Made by a program: the position numbers and the translations under genes | NCBI GenBank assembly: GCA_963798915.1 | Contig: CAWCVB010000002.1 | Span: 1 to 64,000, forward strand | Direction: 5' to 3' | From: an uncultured Gemmatimonadales bacterium | Lineage (GTDB): Bacteria; Gemmatimonadota; Gemmatimonadetes; Gemmatimonadales; GWC2-71-9 | DNA length: 64,000 nt | Shown: positions 62,168 through 64,000 of the stretch, piece by piece | How the letters are laid out: each line of letters begins with the position of its first letter | Position numbering within the stretch: the first letter of the stretch is position 1 | The notes under the pieces: model-generated | What the model was told of the DNA's origin: nothing | The model's input: the letters and a program-made list of their open reading frames with translations, nothing else | Databases searched by the model: none

Positions 62168-62270
62168 ACGGCGAGTCGGCAAGTCGGCGAGTCGGCGAGT
62201 CGGCTCGAAGCGTATGGGAGTCATTCCGAGCGTCTTGACCTTTCACCATTGACCCTCGACGCTTATCAGC

Positions 62271-62753
62271 ATGAGCGCCGTCACCATCGCCCAGCTCCGG
62301 GACCGACTGCAGCAAATGCTGGTTCGGGAAATGCCGGTCTCTCAGCGGCTGGGGTTTTCCATCGAGGATGTGACATCGGCCGCCGTCACGCTCCGTGCCG
62401 AGTTCGATCTCAACCGCAACCATCAGGGAAGCGCCTTTGCCGGCAGCGTCAACGCGCTGGCCACGCTGGCGGGTTGGGCGGTCGTGTGGCTCACCCTGCA
62501 GGAGGCCGGGATGGCGGCCAACGCGGTGCTGCAGGACAGCGAAATTCGATATCTTGAGCCCATCATGACCGACTTCACCGCCACGTGTTCGTTTCCATTG
62601 GCCAGCGTGCGAGCTTCGTTGCTCGATTCCGTCGCCCGTCATCGCCGAGGTCGCGTGCTGGTGCAGGTGGATGTCATGGCGGCTGGTCGCACCGTTGCCC
62701 GCTTTCATGGACGCTACGTCGCGCTGCTGCGGGAACCGGAGCGCGCCGAATGA
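62271..62753 (+). CDS. YiiD C-terminal-like hotdog thioesterase
   Basis: N.NHQGSAFAGS...TLAGW; I.YL.P. Confidence 0.85.
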   Translation: MSAVTIAQLRDRLQQMLVREMPVSQRLGFSIEDVTSAAVTLRAEFDLNRNHQGSAFAGSVNALATLAGWAVVWLTLQEAGMAANAVLQDSEIRYLEPIMTDFTATCSFPLASVRASLLDSVARHRRGRVLVQVDVMAAGRTVARFHGRYVALLREPERAE

Positions 62754-63112
62754 GGCGGGCAGGTCATTGGATGCTGGCCGCTGGTGCGATGGTGGTAACC
62801 GCCTGCGCCATCGCTCCACGACGCATCGAGAACCCGCCGGCCGGCCCGGTGGATGCCGAGCAGCGTGTCGAGCTCTGGCAGCATGGCACACGCACCGTGG
62901 TGCGGCGGCTGACCGTCGATGGTGACTCGCTGCGGGCGGTACCGGTGCCCAAGCCCTCCGACTGCGACTCCTGCCGGGTCCACTATGCGGTGAGTGGGGT
63001 TGATTCGCTGCGCTTTCCTCGCAATGACCATGCGGCACAGGTGGCGACCGTCGTCCCAATTGCTGTGCTGAGCGCGGTTACCTTCATCTGGGGCATGGCC
63101 GGTGGCAGCTGA
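62750..63112 (+). CDS. Hypothetical lipoprotein
   Basis: ATG overlaps upstream stop; VTAC lipobox; CxxC. Confidence 0.6.
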   Translation: MRRAGHWMLAAGAMVVTACAIAPRRIENPPAGPVDAEQRVELWQHGTRTVVRRLTVDGDSLRAVPVPKPSDCDSCRVHYAVSGVDSLRFPRNDHAAQVATVVPIAVLSAVTFIWGMAGGS

Positions 63113-63620
63113 GCGCCGCCGGTCCAGGAGATGGGGCCTGCATCGAGCCTCGGGCGAGGATAATGCGGGCGTATGGATGCCGCCGCCCCTGATCTATGCG
63201 CTGCCGCTCGCGCTCGGCCTGTGGTTGCACCACGTCATTCCACTGGCCGACGTGCCGGCGGGCGTCGGATCAGTGGTCAGGCGTGCCGGGATCGTCCTGG
63301 TGGTGCTGGCGCTGGGGCTCACCCTCTGGGCCATTACCGCCTTCCGCAGCATGGGCACCTCGGTGGTCCCGGTGCAGCCCGCCACCGCGCTGGTGCTCCG
63401 AGGTCCCTATCGGGTGAGCAGGAACCCGATGTACCTCGCCATGGCGCTGCTCTATGCCGGCGTTTCCCTCTGGACCCTTGCCGCATGGTCGCTCTTGTTC
63501 CTGCCGCTCGTCCTCGTCATCATCCAGAGGTCGGTGATCAGGCGGGAGGAGGCATACCTGACCCGCCGATTCGGCGATGAGTACCGCCGCTACCTGGCAC
63601 AGGTCCGGCGCTGGATCTGA
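63102..63620 (+). CDS. Isoprenylcysteine carboxylmethyltransferase family protein
   Basis: PPPLIY, GPYR.SRNPMY, IRREEAYL.RRFG.EY..Y...VRRWI. Confidence 0.9.
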   Translation: MAAERRRSRRWGLHRASGEDNAGVWMPPPLIYALPLALGLWLHHVIPLADVPAGVGSVVRRAGIVLVVLALGLTLWAITAFRSMGTSVVPVQPATALVLRGPYRVSRNPMYLAMALLYAGVSLWTLAAWSLLFLPLVLVIIQRSVIRREEAYLTRRFGDEYRRYLAQVRRWI

Positions 63621-63641
63621 TTCCCCGGGAGGTGCCGCACC

Positions 63642-64000
63642 ATGAACGACATCCGATTGCTGGTCACCATCGCCTGCGAGCCCCGCGACGTCTTCGGCCT
63701 GGTGGCCGGGTCGACCGGGTTCTCGAGTTGGTGGTCCGACGACGTGAACGTTCAATCGGATGGCTCGGTCGAGATCGGGATGGCTGACCGGGCGCAAAGT
63801 CTCCGGCTGCGGCCTGAAACGATGGTCATGCCGGCGCGCGCCGCCTGGGCGGTCGACTCCGGTGGAGAGTGGGCTGGCACCGCGCTGGTCTTCGACCTGA
63901 CGCCGGACGAGAACGGAACCCGGATGCTCTTCACCCAGGGCGGCTGGCGCAAGCCGACCGATGCGTTCCTGGAGGCCGCGGCCATGTGGGGCGCACTGCT
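63642..64000 (+). CDS. SRPBCC/AHSA1-like protein, truncated by window end
   Basis: GGAGG SD; G.SSWW, W.GT.L.FDL, GT...FT..GW. Confidence 0.7.
   Translation, partial: MNDIRLLVTIACEPRDVFGLVAGSTGFSSWWSDDVNVQSDGSVEIGMADRAQSLRLRPETMVMPARAAWAVDSGGEWAGTALVFDLTPDENGTRMLFTQGGWRKPTDAFLEAAAMWGAL

Overview
High-GC bacterial window. Gene content and repeat style suggest Gemmatimonadota, which is an inference. No rRNA, tRNA, CRISPR array, integrase or transposase was recognised. The first ~5.6 kb is a defence-like islet. It holds an AT-richer, translationally coupled pair (TGT/DUF6610-like TIM-barrel protein + 4-TM membrane protein), a C-terminal remnant of an MmeI-like RM enzyme, an intact DNA methyltransferase + putative PD-(D/E)XK endonuclease pair, and two orphan antitoxins. 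The 5.6-21.7 kb stretch is an accessory mosaic with three co-oriented ~137-bp REP-doublet elements about 3.1 kb apart, other palindromic repeats, a RHH/RelE TA pair, an Imm40-like gene and two degenerate attC sites without an integrase (CALIN-like). The rest carries a BlaI / M56-HEAT / HEAT module that shares an operator with a DUF5916 gene, msrB plus three msrA paralogs, a GH89 enzyme, a MacAB-TolC-like and an RND efflux system, a cold-shock gene with a structured terminator-containing leader, and many small envelope/stress genes. Several long genes have single frameshifts that may be sequencing indels. All family names are from motif recognition by eye, not database searches.
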